DNA from: a virus
Strand: one strand, 5' to 3'
Virus record (IMG/VR): IMGVR_UViG_3300021371_000004
Coordinates: 35,049-99,048 of that record
DNA length: 64,000 bases
Shown in pieces: positions 10,438-19,551 of the stretch (the stretch's first letter is position 1; each line of letters starts with the position of its first letter). Position numbers and translations under genes: made by a program. Under the pieces are notes generated by a model. The model searched no databases and was not told the DNA's origin. It worked only from the letters and a program-made list of their open reading frames with translations.

Positions 10438-11199
10438 TCAACCTACGAAGAAGTCGGGTGGTACTTCTTGCTCCAACCGCATCCGCTCACGTAACTCGGT
10501 TATCTCGGTCTTTGCTTCTTCGAGTATCTGACGACCAGAAATGGTAATACCTCCAGGTAACTGCATGCCTTCAAACTTGGACATGTTCTGACCCCACTGC
10601 TCTTTAATCAAGGCAGTCGTGAAGTCTTTAACGAACATGTCGTTCCAGACAGATGAGTTGGTATCTGGATCAACTGTTTGATAGACTTCAAAGGCAACGT
10701 GTTTGCCTTCGGTCAACTGTCCATCTTCTATATCGCTGTGCAAGAATATCTTGTTTGCTCGTCGAGCAAAAGTTATTAAAGGGAGTCCATTGATCTTCAT
10801 GTCAAGCAGTGCCATATGTTGACGAGTCTGCTCCATATATGCCATACCACCAGTGCCATACATACCGCTCATATTATGCATATCGCTCATTGCCAATTGG
10901 TATTGGAAAGAGAAGAAGTTTGAACTTTGTATGAGAGCATTCGATACAGGAAACATCTTTGTAACATATAAGATGTTGTCTGGTATAGTGATGTACTTAT
11001 TCGCGATATCGGTTGAAGTCATCTGGTATTCATAGTATGCGCGCATAGTGGCATCGCCATGAAACTCTTGGTAGACCTGTAGAGCATCGTCAACCTTATC
11101 TTCTATCTGGTCTTCATCAACGTTTATCTCGATAACGGGTTCGCCCAGTCTTCGGAGACTATAGTCTATCAGACCCTGCCTTGATGTTATTACTGCCAT
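10438..11199 (-). CDS. gp13: Neck protein
   Basis: LRRLGEPVIEINVDEDQ and QWGQNMSKFEGMQLPGG motifs. Confidence 0.96.
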   Translation of the reverse strand: MAVITSRQGLIDYSLRRLGEPVIEINVDEDQIEDKVDDALQVYQEFHGDATMRAYYEYQMTSTDIANKYITIPDNILYVTKMFPVSNALIQSSNFFSFQYQLAMSDMHNMSGMYGTGGMAYMEQTRQHMALLDMKINGLPLITFARRANKIFLHSDIEDGQLTEGKHVAFEVYQTVDPDTNSSVWNDMFVKDFTTALIKEQWGQNMSKFEGMQLPGGITISGRQILEEAKTEITELRERMRLEQEVPPDFFVG

Positions 11200-11224
11200 T
11201 GGTTTACCCTTCGAAGTTTAGTTC

Positions 11225-11232
11225 TATTTATA
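11225..11232 (-). promoter_or_regulatory. Late promoter for gp13-gp17
   Basis: Exact TATAAATA. Confidence 0.85.
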
Positions 11233-11237
11233 CCATC

Positions 11238-11726
11238 TCAGAAGTTGTGTATAGATTTCTGCATATTTTCATATAGAATTCCTGTTTCGAATTCCTTCTT
11301 GGTGTAGCACCAGCGTAATAAAGAAACACCCTGATTCGTTATGGTTTCGGTGGTTCCGGCAGCACCGCCATTTATGTCTATTAGTATTCTTCTAACCTTT
11401 GGTTCCCCCTCCTTTATAAAAGAAAAGACTGAATCGTACCCAAGGGTTTCAAAAATCCAGTGGAAAGTTCTATAGATGTGCATATTGCGCAGGGTTCGCC
11501 TTTGTTCTTTGTCGAGACCAGAATCCAATGCAGGACGCCAATTGGCGATTGATTTTAATTCGCAGGAGTTTTCTGGTTCACTGGTGATCATCGCTAAATG
11601 AAACACTTCTTCATTTAACATACTGACAAAGTATTTGTCACAGACCCAGTGATCTAAGTTATGGTTCTGCGCCTTGAGTATCTTTAACCCATTTTCATCC
11701 CAATCATTATGAAAGAATTTGATCAC
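11238..11726 (-). CDS. Hypothetical protein (possible GNAT-like fold)
   Basis: 162-aa ORF overlapping the upstream stop. The fold is only a pattern impression. Confidence 0.6.
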   Translation of the reverse strand: MIKFFHNDWDENGLKILKAQNHNLDHWVCDKYFVSMLNEEVFHLAMITSEPENSCELKSIANWRPALDSGLDKEQRRTLRNMHIYRTFHWIFETLGYDSVFSFIKEGEPKVRRILIDINGGAAGTTETITNQGVSLLRWCYTKKEFETGILYENMQKSIHNF

Positions 11727-13153
11727 TCTCCGATTAAATCCAGACCTTTATATATTTCAAAGACCGGATCTTTTCCTTTGAGAATCTGCTGCACCCGTTC
11801 GCCCCCTATATACACACCAGTCGATTTCCTTGTCAATATCAGGGCAGCGAAGAAAATCCCTTTATCGGAAGGTCCAGATAACCCAGTTCCAAGATACTGC
11901 CTAATACTGGTGTGGTCTACGGTTGCAGCAGTTGTATAGGTCACATCCCCTCCTGTTCCAGAACCGAAGTCGACGGTGGCCACGCCCCATTTATCTAACC
12001 TTGCTGCAGATACGTCCGAGGTGCTGGTGGATGACCCATGCCCAGAAGACCAAGTGCCTCCTTGTGCGACGCTACCTTTTTGAAATAGAATTGATTGCCC
12101 ATAATCTTGGTCCATCGAGTTTACGCTTCCGTCGCCATCTTCTGATGTATGGATCATCCCGATAACCGCAGCGTCATAACCATTTCTCAGATATTGTGGT
12201 GCTGTGGTAACCTGTTTAGTAAGTTCCGCTCCTGTCATACTATCTGTGACAAGGTTGATGTTTTCGGGGTCTTCTAACTCTATAGAAACCGCTGTTATAG
12301 TGAAGGATGATGCAACCAATCCATCCCCAACTTCGTCAACGACAAATTCACCGGTGCCAAAAGAGGATACTTCCAATGAATTTTCTTGTGTGGGGGTCAC
12401 GGAATATTTTGGGTTTCCACAGATAGCATTATCAAATATTCCGCCGATGGGTCGGGGAGTATTCAGACCAGATGGAGATTGACTACAAAGCGCATACTGT
12501 TTTAGTGTGGTCCCTTGATGCATACCAGCAATGCCGAACGAATAAGTGGCGTCGTCCCCGCCAGTCGTGGCAGTGTTAACTGCCATAGTGCTGACGGCAA
12601 ATAGTAGGTTTGGGTTGCAAGAAGAATTAACAAGTGAGTGGGTGTGCGGAAACGAAGACATGGTTGCCGTGCTCAGAGAATCTAGGCTGGTGGATTTTAT
12701 ACCGTCACCGCCCAAAGCAATGACGTTGAGTTCAATCGCAGTTCCCTGATCATCAGGAGTTATTGTTATGCCACCAGATATCGCAGTGACAAGTCCACTA
12801 CAACTCAGGGAACCTCCGGAGCTGCTCAGAATCCAATAGGACAACTTACCAGCGTTTGCTGGCGCGAAAAAATTCGGGTATCCGTTTGAGGTGTCGCTGA
12901 AACCTTGATTATGCTCTTCATGAACCCAATGGCATACTGGGTTGGCGAATGCAGTTCCTTCATCGCACCAAATTGCTAGTGATTGCGAATTCCTGGACTG
13001 AGTCTGCTGAGCAGTTGATGGTGCCTTGAATGCATGTACTATCAAAACCTTTGGGGTTTCGGTTCCAAAGGCGGCAGAAGTTAAACTCGTTTCAGAATAA
13101 GAAGTAGTGACCCTTGCGCGAAACACATGAGAGAGTATTTGTTTCTGTGCCAA
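11723..13153 (-). CDS. Putative virion fibre tip / receptor-binding protein
   Basis: S/T/G-rich beta-type composition; C-terminal VYIGGERVQQILKG...IYKG motif resembling phage fibre proteins. Confidence 0.6.
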   Translation of the reverse strand: MAQKQILSHVFRARVTTSYSETSLTSAAFGTETPKVLIVHAFKAPSTAQQTQSRNSQSLAIWCDEGTAFANPVCHWVHEEHNQGFSDTSNGYPNFFAPANAGKLSYWILSSSGGSLSCSGLVTAISGGITITPDDQGTAIELNVIALGGDGIKSTSLDSLSTATMSSFPHTHSLVNSSCNPNLLFAVSTMAVNTATTGGDDATYSFGIAGMHQGTTLKQYALCSQSPSGLNTPRPIGGIFDNAICGNPKYSVTPTQENSLEVSSFGTGEFVVDEVGDGLVASSFTITAVSIELEDPENINLVTDSMTGAELTKQVTTAPQYLRNGYDAAVIGMIHTSEDGDGSVNSMDQDYGQSILFQKGSVAQGGTWSSGHGSSTSTSDVSAARLDKWGVATVDFGSGTGGDVTYTTAATVDHTSIRQYLGTGLSGPSDKGIFFAALILTRKSTGVYIGGERVQQILKGKDPVFEIYKGLDLIGE

Positions 13154-13172
13154 AATGTATCTCCATCATTTA

Positions 13173-13451
13173 TTATGTTAAAAAGTACATCGTGTCACTA
13201 TCAACTGAAGATCCGAACACGAGCAACACGTACTCGGTTGCAGTTAAAACCTGAACTTTGTCGGGTTGGTCGCTGGCAGAGCTTGCTGCGTTATTCACTT
13301 CGACAAGATTCTTCGTGGCATACTTTGCGTCCCAGCGGGAGTCAACTTCCGCCGAGTCTTGTATTTCATTATTCAGGTTCGTGAAGTTATCATCGACCTC
13401 ATCATGAGTGAGGGGTGAACCCTTACCGGATCTCAATGTGATGTTGGCCAT
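13173..13451 (-). CDS. Small fibre adaptor-like structural protein
   Basis: N-terminal ITLRSGKGSPLTHDEVDDNFTNL and C-terminal LTATEY...DSDTMYFL, both resembling phage fibre motifs. Confidence 0.65.
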   Translation of the reverse strand: MANITLRSGKGSPLTHDEVDDNFTNLNNEIQDSAEVDSRWDAKYATKNLVEVNNAASSASDQPDKVQVLTATEYVLLVFGSSVDSDTMYFLT

Positions 13452-13475
13452 TATTGATTACCTCAATTTAAGCAT

Positions 13476-13504
13476 GGAAAGAAGATGGGGTGCGATGCAC
13501 CCCA
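13476..13504 (-). terminator. Putative terminator hairpin after the 125-aa gene
   Basis: TGGGGTGC-ATC-GCACCCCA stem followed by TCTTCTTT on the minus strand. Confidence 0.65.
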
Positions 13505-13525
13505 GAGTAGTGATCCTACTTCTTC

Positions 13526-13903
13526 TTATGCTGGAGCTTCGTACGTGAGGGCAGAGATACTGATCGTGTCTCCGCCGCCAATAGCAGTAGAAGACAGGAT
13601 AATGTCTCCGCCGCCACCAGTTGCAGTTACATCTCCTTGGAATATAATATCTGTTCCATTACTGGCCTTGGCTACGAACTTTGTCACAGTTCCAGGATTA
13701 CAAGAGTCGTCTGCTGTGATCGCAGCTGCGGTAGCAATTCCCGCGCCTGCAGTTCCTGCAGCATCGAAAGCAGTGGCGGAAAACGTTAGTGTTGCGACCT
13801 CCGCGTCGCCAGATGTTAGGAATTCAATTGTTCCACCATCCAGTTGTTCGACCACGTGGTCTGCAATACCATTACGGATTGCGGTTGGGTGAGTTACTGC
13901 CAT
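13526..13903 (-). CDS. Small A/G/T-rich structural protein (candidate filament subunit)
   Basis: 125 aa, beta-rich composition, strong AAGGAG RBS. Confidence 0.7.
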   Translation of the reverse strand: MAVTHPTAIRNGIADHVVEQLDGGTIEFLTSGDAEVATLTFSATAFDAAGTAGAGIATAAAITADDSCNPGTVTKFVAKASNGTDIIFQGDVTATGGGGDIILSSTAIGGGDTISISALTYEAPA

Positions 13904-13904
13904 T

Positions 13905-14081
13905 TTACTTCTCCTTGATTATAGAATCACTATTTTTATTTGCGTTCGATTGTTCGAACGACTTGAGTTGCTCTTCGGAAACAGGAACATCAATTTGGAC
14001 CTCTTCCTTTGTACCGTTTTTACGAACGATTGTAGCAGTCCCAGTAAGTTTTCCAAAACTGCCCTTCGCTTCTGTACCCAT
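13905..14081 (-). CDS. Hypothetical 58-aa protein (not in ORF track)
   Basis: MGTEAKGSFGKLTGTATIVRKNGTKEEVQIDV...; AAGGAG RBS; fills the gap exactly. Confidence 0.7.
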   Translation of the reverse strand: MGTEAKGSFGKLTGTATIVRKNGTKEEVQIDVPVSEEQLKSFEQSNANKNSDSIIKEK

Positions 14082-14089
14082 TATTTATA
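14082..14089 (-). promoter_or_regulatory. Late promoter abutting ATG 14081
   Basis: Exact TATAAATA. Confidence 0.65.
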
Positions 14090-14102
14090 CTCCTTTGAAT
14101 CC

Positions 14103-14465
14103 TCAATCAAATTTAGTTACACTTCGAGAAACTATAAGGTTGCCCTCAAGTACTCTCTCAACTGTAGTTAGTCCAGTTCCTTGATCGACAAACTCGACCT
14201 CGAGGTCATAGACATACCTTCTTCGGGACATAGAATCTGTTTGCGTGTTCGTCAACATGAACTCAAACATTCCCTCGGACAGCGGAGGCAACAAACTTGT
14301 GGTGAATGATACAGAGTCGCTTGAGTCTGCATCATAACTCCTGTTTGCCCTGCCCCTGACTGTATATCCGGTAAGGTCCCTTGGCGTCCCATCCGAGGAC
14401 AACATCTTGACCTGCCACTTAATGTCGGATCCTTGGTCAACTTCTAAATCTTCGTACTGTGCCAT
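14103..14465 (-). CDS. Structural adaptor protein (BppU-N-like Ig fold)
   Basis: DLEVDQGSD...DLTGYT...RYVYDLEV...RVLEG...SVT pattern common in T4-like marine phages. Confidence 0.75.
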   Translation of the reverse strand: MAQYEDLEVDQGSDIKWQVKMLSSDGTPRDLTGYTVRGRANRSYDADSSDSVSFTTSLLPPLSEGMFEFMLTNTQTDSMSRRRYVYDLEVEFVDQGTGLTTVERVLEGNLIVSRSVTKFD

Positions 14466-14492
14466 TGTAGATTCAATCTCTTGTTTGTTATC

Positions 14493-14500
14493 TATTTATA
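14493..14500 (-). promoter_or_regulatory. Late promoter
   Basis: Exact TATAAATA upstream of 14465. Confidence 0.8.
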
Positions 14501-14507
14501 CTGGGTT

Positions 14508-17500
14508 TTATTCTACGTCAGAAACTCTACAGTTTATCGATCTTATTTTCTGCTTTCTAATATCTATGCTTCTCGAAACCTTTCTGCTAATGATTGTTCG
14601 GGTGTCCTTCTTCTTAACAACCATTTTCTTGCTGAGAGGGATATCTCTATTCTGGCGAAGGACTTCCAAGGCAGCACTTATCTCAGAAGAAGATGCCACC
14701 AAGGAACCGGATGCTGTAACTTCTTTCTCGAAGAAGGGTGTTACAACAACTACAGAGTTTCCTGCTTGGGCATTACCTACCCCAGACACCACCCTCTCGG
14801 AAGAACCGGAAGATTGCGCATCACCACAGATAAGGACACCGCCAGCAACCAAAACCTTACTGGCAGAACCAGTAACAGAAGAATTTTGGGAAACTGATTC
14901 GCCGGAACCAGAAACCGCCCTCTCAGATACACCAACAACGGAGGATTCTTCAGAAACAATCTCGCCTTGTCCCTGTCCAGAGATCGCAGCAGAGATGTCA
15001 GAATTCGATGTTTGTAAAGAAGCACTCTCTGAGACGACAGTTCTTTCGGTGTCCGCGTTAGCAACAGAAGATTGAGCAGATAATTCGACTAGGGCAGTGA
15101 CGACAGACCTTTCTCCGTCACCAGCAACTACAACCAATCCGATCTCTTCTGCGGTCAGGTCTGTATCTATTCCCACCACAGTTCTGTTTGCTGTAGAGGA
15201 AACAGACGAACTACCAGAAACAACGTTTGAATCGGAAGTTATTATCCTTTCAGCAGATGAGGCAACTTGGGAATTTTGAGAAGATAGTGCTACTGAGGTT
15301 CTTAATTCTCTCTCGGTAACAACGTTGACCTGCGAACCAACAACTTCTAACTCGCCCGAAGATACCACAGAGCGTTCTGCTGAACCCGACAAATTAGATT
15401 GTTGAGAAACAAGTTCTTGCGGTGGGTTTACTCCTAAATTTTCTCTTTCCGCAACTCCGGAAACTCCGGAAACTTGGGATTGAATATCGGCAGATATAGA
15501 ATTAACAGTTCGCCCAACAGAAGCGGTAGCAATTGCATCTGTCGGTTGAATAGAAACAGAAGGGGATATTACCCTCTCTGCGACGCCAGAAACAATATTC
15601 TCTGGCGTTACTATAAAATCAGAAGTTCCATCTTGGGTGATGACCCTCTCCGCTACTGCGGAAACCGAGGAATTTCCTGTAACTATTTCTTGCGGTGGGT
15701 CTATGCCCAACGATTCTCTTTCTGCAACACCAGATACTTCGGAAACTTGTGATTCGATTTGGGGTGAAGTTACTCGACCAATGTTCGAGGTTTCTGTAAC
15801 AACAGAAGAACCAGCAGAAGGAGATTCAACAAGAACAATAGTTCTTTTACCAACGCCAACAATCTCTGAATCGGTCGTAGTGGAGACGGAGGTTGTGGTG
15901 GAATTGGTTAGTGCGCTTGGGAAACCAGAAATTGCATCCCCTGCTGCGATATTGGCGGCATCGTCGAACCCTTCAGTAAGCAGTATCCAACGAGACACGC
16001 CTATGTCTGGGTCCGTTGAGTACACTATAATGTTATACTCACTGCCATCTATTCTCTGCCAAACAGAGAAACCTGCGCCCGAGACATATGTCGGGGTGTC
16101 GTCATACTCTACAGTAAACTGTACACCTTCTACAAGGTCGTATCTACCGTTTCTACCAGACGCCAGTCCGGTCAAGACAATTGTGTCGCCTTCATAGTTG
16201 ATGTTAGAACTAGATTGAGGTATGTTAAGCGGTTCACCGACACCTTCCTCTAGAACAATAATACGCTCGGCAACACCGGAAGAAATATGAGCGGTGTTTG
16301 GTCGTATTTCTATGGGTTCCGCAGAATGTATTTGTTGGACGGAAGCATCTGATGTGGTCAGATCCGCCGATGTCGTATAAGATCTGTTGGCGGAGACGGA
16401 TATTCCCGAGGGTTGGACTTCTACATCACCCGAACCAGAAACAGTCCGATCTACATCAGCAGATATTGTCGATGATTGCGACTGAATATCTGCCGAAACC
16501 TCAACAACGGTTCTTAGTGCAGATGCAACAACCTCAGATTCTCCGGAGACGGTCGATCCTCTTGCGAGTTTACCAGATATAATGTCAACTTCTATTGTCG
16601 AATTATCTGCTTGAATGCTCGCGTCAATGGAATTAGAAGTTCTGAATCCAACGGATACTACCTGCGATTCAGAAACTTCTAAATCCGCGTCACCATTAAA
16701 CGCCCATTCTGCTGTTCCTGTGACGATAGAATCGCCTGTAACTATTTCTTGCGGTGGGTCTATACCCAACAATTCTCTTTCCGCAAGTCCATCTACAGAG
16801 GATCCTTCTGTTTCTATATTACCAGAACCAGTGATATTCCTTTCAGAGACACCAGATAAATTAGAACCAGATGTTTCTAAAGAAACAGAGGATATTATTC
16901 CTCTTTCACCAGTACCAGTAGAAACAGACTCTGCGTTTTCTATTGAAACTGTAGAACGGATTTCCCTCTCAGCAGTACCGGAAGAAAGGTTTTGTTCCGT
17001 TGGTCTTATAGAGATTGCTTCGGAAGTTATTAACCTAGTGGCAGAACCGTCGACCGAAACAGAATTTGCTTCGAGGGTTGCTTCAGGAGAGACAATTGTT
17101 CTCTCTGCTAGAGAAACTATGGATGATTCTGAAGAAGTCAATTCTGCCTGTATCGAATTCACTGTACGTCCGACAGTTGCTTCGACTTCGGAAGGCGAGG
17201 TTTGTTCTACACCAGAACCAACAACCACAATTCTTTCGCCAACCCCTGCAACAACGGCGAGACCGATCTCTTCTGCTGTTAAGTCTGCCTCTATTGCAAT
17301 GACAGTCCTAGAAACAGAAGATGATACTATGCTATTGCTGACAGTGTCTAGCGTCGATTGTACAGAAACAACTGTCCTCTCTGCTGTGCCAGATGTTTCT
17401 GAACTACCTGCTTCCAAGGAAGAAGATTGTTGCACGACAGTCCGTTCAGATGTTCCCGAGGCAGAAGAATTTGTCGTGATGTCGCCTTGTGCGGTGACCT

Positions 17501-18866
17501 CTCTTTCAGACAATCCAACCGATTCCGATTCACCTGTTACCAGGGATCCTTGTGCAGTAAGTTCTCTTTCAGAAGTACCGGAGATAGAAGAAGAACCAAT
17601 TGAGATAGAAATCGATTCAGTCGGTATTATCCTCTCAGAAACCCCAGATATTTCGGATGAAGAAGATACCAAGGTTCCGGTTGCTGGGTTTATTCTTTCA
17701 ACGTTTCCGGATACAGAAGACTCCCCCGTAACCATACCGCCTGATACATTGATCGTTCTCTCTGCTGTACCAGAAGCAGCGGAGGGTTGTGCAGAAAGGG
17801 TCTGTGTAACTCCTCCCTCTTCAACCTCTCTTTCAGCAATGCCAGAAATAACCGAGGAAGCGGAAGTTAGTGTACCCGAAGAAGTTGAGTGCCTTTCGCT
17901 GGAGGAAGATAACTCAGAAGACTGAGACTGTATGGTTCCTGTGCCAGTTATCTCGTTCTCAGAAATACCAGCGACAGAAGAAGCAGAGGATTCTATTGTT
18001 CCTGTGCCAGTTATCTCATTCTCAGAAACGCCAGAGACAGAAGAAGCAGAGGATTCTATTGTTCCTGTGGCGTCTATCTGTCTTTCAGAAGCACCTGAAA
18101 CGGATGATACAGGTGCACCTAAAGTCCCAGTGCCGGTTATCTCGTTCTCAGAAGTACCAGTGACAGAAGAAGCAGAGGATTCTATGGTTCCAGTGGCATC
18201 TATCTGTCGTTCAGAAGCGCCAGTGGCAGAAGAAGCAGATAAGACTAAAGTCCCGCTTGCAGAAAATTCTTGAGTAGCATCGAGAGTTGCCGAGACAGTT
18301 ATCGAAGAAGCAGAGGATTCTAAGGTTCCAGTACCAGTTATCTCGTTCTCAGAAATACCAGCGACAGAAGAAGCAGAGGATTCTATGGTTCCGGTGCCTG
18401 TTATCTCATTCTCAGAAGTACCAGTGACAGAAGAAGCGGAAGCAGTTAAGGTTCCTGTGCCAGTTATCTCGTTCTCAGAAATACCAGTGACAGAAGAAGC
18501 GGATAAGACTAAAGTCCCGCTTGCAGAAAATTCTTGAGTAGCATCGAGAGTTGCCGAGACAGTTATCGAAGAAGCAGATGAGACTAAAGTCCCAGTGCCT
18601 GTTATCTCATTCTCAGAAGTACCAGTGGCAGAAGAACTGGACGCTTCTATGGTTCCTGTGGCATCTATCTGTCGTTCAGAAGTACCGGAGACATCAACTT
18701 GTCCCGCCCCTAACGTGCCTGATCCAGAACGAATAACCTCGGTTGTAGAACCAACCGTTGCTTCTTGACTAGAAACTTCGCAGGACAGTTCTTGGGTACT
18801 GACTGCATATCCAGCAACAACGTATCCGTCAACAGCGTATCTGGTAATTGTGGAAGATGATGCCAA
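14508..18866 (-). CDS. Giant Ser/Thr/Gly-rich repeat protein (about 21-25-aa period), putative virion fibre/scaffold
   Basis: 1452 aa with recurrent S-x-V-S-G-x-x-E-R units, TTG start after AGGA, and a basic C-terminal tail. Confidence 0.8.
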   Translation of the reverse strand: MASSSTITRYAVDGYVVAGYAVSTQELSCEVSSQEATVGSTTEVIRSGSGTLGAGQVDVSGTSERQIDATGTIEASSSSATGTSENEITGTGTLVSSASSITVSATLDATQEFSASGTLVLSASSVTGISENEITGTGTLTASASSVTGTSENEITGTGTIESSASSVAGISENEITGTGTLESSASSITVSATLDATQEFSASGTLVLSASSATGASERQIDATGTIESSASSVTGTSENEITGTGTLGAPVSSVSGASERQIDATGTIESSASSVSGVSENEITGTGTIESSASSVAGISENEITGTGTIQSQSSELSSSSERHSTSSGTLTSASSVISGIAEREVEEGGVTQTLSAQPSAASGTAERTINVSGGMVTGESSVSGNVERINPATGTLVSSSSEISGVSERIIPTESISISIGSSSISGTSERELTAQGSLVTGESESVGLSEREVTAQGDITTNSSASGTSERTVVQQSSSLEAGSSETSGTAERTVVSVQSTLDTVSNSIVSSSVSRTVIAIEADLTAEEIGLAVVAGVGERIVVVGSGVEQTSPSEVEATVGRTVNSIQAELTSSESSIVSLAERTIVSPEATLEANSVSVDGSATRLITSEAISIRPTEQNLSSGTAEREIRSTVSIENAESVSTGTGERGIISSVSLETSGSNLSGVSERNITGSGNIETEGSSVDGLAERELLGIDPPQEIVTGDSIVTGTAEWAFNGDADLEVSESQVVSVGFRTSNSIDASIQADNSTIEVDIISGKLARGSTVSGESEVVASALRTVVEVSADIQSQSSTISADVDRTVSGSGDVEVQPSGISVSANRSYTTSADLTTSDASVQQIHSAEPIEIRPNTAHISSGVAERIIVLEEGVGEPLNIPQSSSNINYEGDTIVLTGLASGRNGRYDLVEGVQFTVEYDDTPTYVSGAGFSVWQRIDGSEYNIIVYSTDPDIGVSRWILLTEGFDDAANIAAGDAISGFPSALTNSTTTSVSTTTDSEIVGVGKRTIVLVESPSAGSSVVTETSNIGRVTSPQIESQVSEVSGVAERESLGIDPPQEIVTGNSSVSAVAERVITQDGTSDFIVTPENIVSGVAERVISPSVSIQPTDAIATASVGRTVNSISADIQSQVSGVSGVAERENLGVNPPQELVSQQSNLSGSAERSVVSSGELEVVGSQVNVVTERELRTSVALSSQNSQVASSAERIITSDSNVVSGSSSVSSTANRTVVGIDTDLTAEEIGLVVVAGDGERSVVTALVELSAQSSVANADTERTVVSESASLQTSNSDISAAISGQGQGEIVSEESSVVGVSERAVSGSGESVSQNSSVTGSASKVLVAGGVLICGDAQSSGSSERVVSGVGNAQAGNSVVVVTPFFEKEVTASGSLVASSSEISAALEVLRQNRDIPLSKKMVVKKKDTRTIISRKVSRSIDIRKQKIRSINCRVSDVE
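17930..18700. repeat. Tandem 63-bp (21-aa) repeat array, including an exact 77-bp duplication (18238-18314 = 18502-18578)
   Basis: Near-identical SENEITGTGTIESSASSVAGI-type units read directly from the DNA. Confidence 0.9.
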
Positions 18867-18900
18867 GATGATTCCTAAGAATAAGAAAGACTGAACTTAT

Positions 18901-19551
18901 TTAGGACTCAGAAATTTCCTCGATCAACATCTCTGCCATTTGTTTTCCTGATTCGTCTCCGTTGAAAACGAACGCGACCGTAGAACGCAGGCAGTTTGTT
19001 CTTGCAGCGTGGTACAGTACTTTATCCGGTTCATCATAAGATCCATAATAACCAAACTTACACTGCCAACCCTTAACGTCTGGGGTCACCACATGCTCCT
19101 TCGTCGCAGGATCCATATGCTCAAAATATCCATCTCCTGTTTCAGACCAAGTGAACAGGACATTGTACCCAGGAGCATTTGCATTTGTGTGCCAAGAGAT
19201 GTATCCACCAGGAGGATAGACTGCTGCCAACGCGTTGTTTCTCGCATTCGCCCAAGATTGCAGACTTTCTACGAAACTTTCGAAGGAAGATGTGGTGCTT
19301 TGCCAAAGTTCCTGATTATTTGTAGAGAAACCTTTAGAGGAAATGTCAACGCCCAATAACTTTTCTGGGAACCCATCATGTGCTGTGGAACGATAGATAA
19401 TTTGTTCCCTATATTTTTCACCACACCAACGTTCAACTTCTCCCATCCCACCGCAAAGGTTAACTTGATCAAAATCTATGTTGTGGAATGTGGGAACAAT
19501 TGATTCGAGAAGTTCTATAAGTTCTTCATTTTTTATCGGAATATTTCTCAC
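18901..19551 (-). CDS. 2OG-Fe(II) oxygenase-like protein
   Basis: YPPGGYISWHTN...LYHAA...R double-stranded beta-helix pattern (HxN rather than HxD). Confidence 0.6.
   Translation of the reverse strand: MRNIPIKNEELIELLESIVPTFHNIDFDQVNLCGGMGEVERWCGEKYREQIIYRSTAHDGFPEKLLGVDISSKGFSTNNQELWQSTTSSFESFVESLQSWANARNNALAAVYPPGGYISWHTNANAPGYNVLFTWSETGDGYFEHMDPATKEHVVTPDVKGWQCKFGYYGSYDEPDKVLYHAARTNCLRSTVAFVFNGDESGKQMAEMLIEEISES

Noticed and set aside
14407-18273. Long plus-strand ORFs (e.g. 16615-17925, 436 aa)
   Set aside because: Antisense shadows of the low-complexity repeat gene, with no RBS or recognisable motifs.
17930-18700. Possible CRISPR array or DGR template/variable repeat
   Set aside because: The repeats are in-frame coding units without unique spacers, mismatches are not obviously adenine-specific, and no cas or reverse transcriptase gene is in the window.
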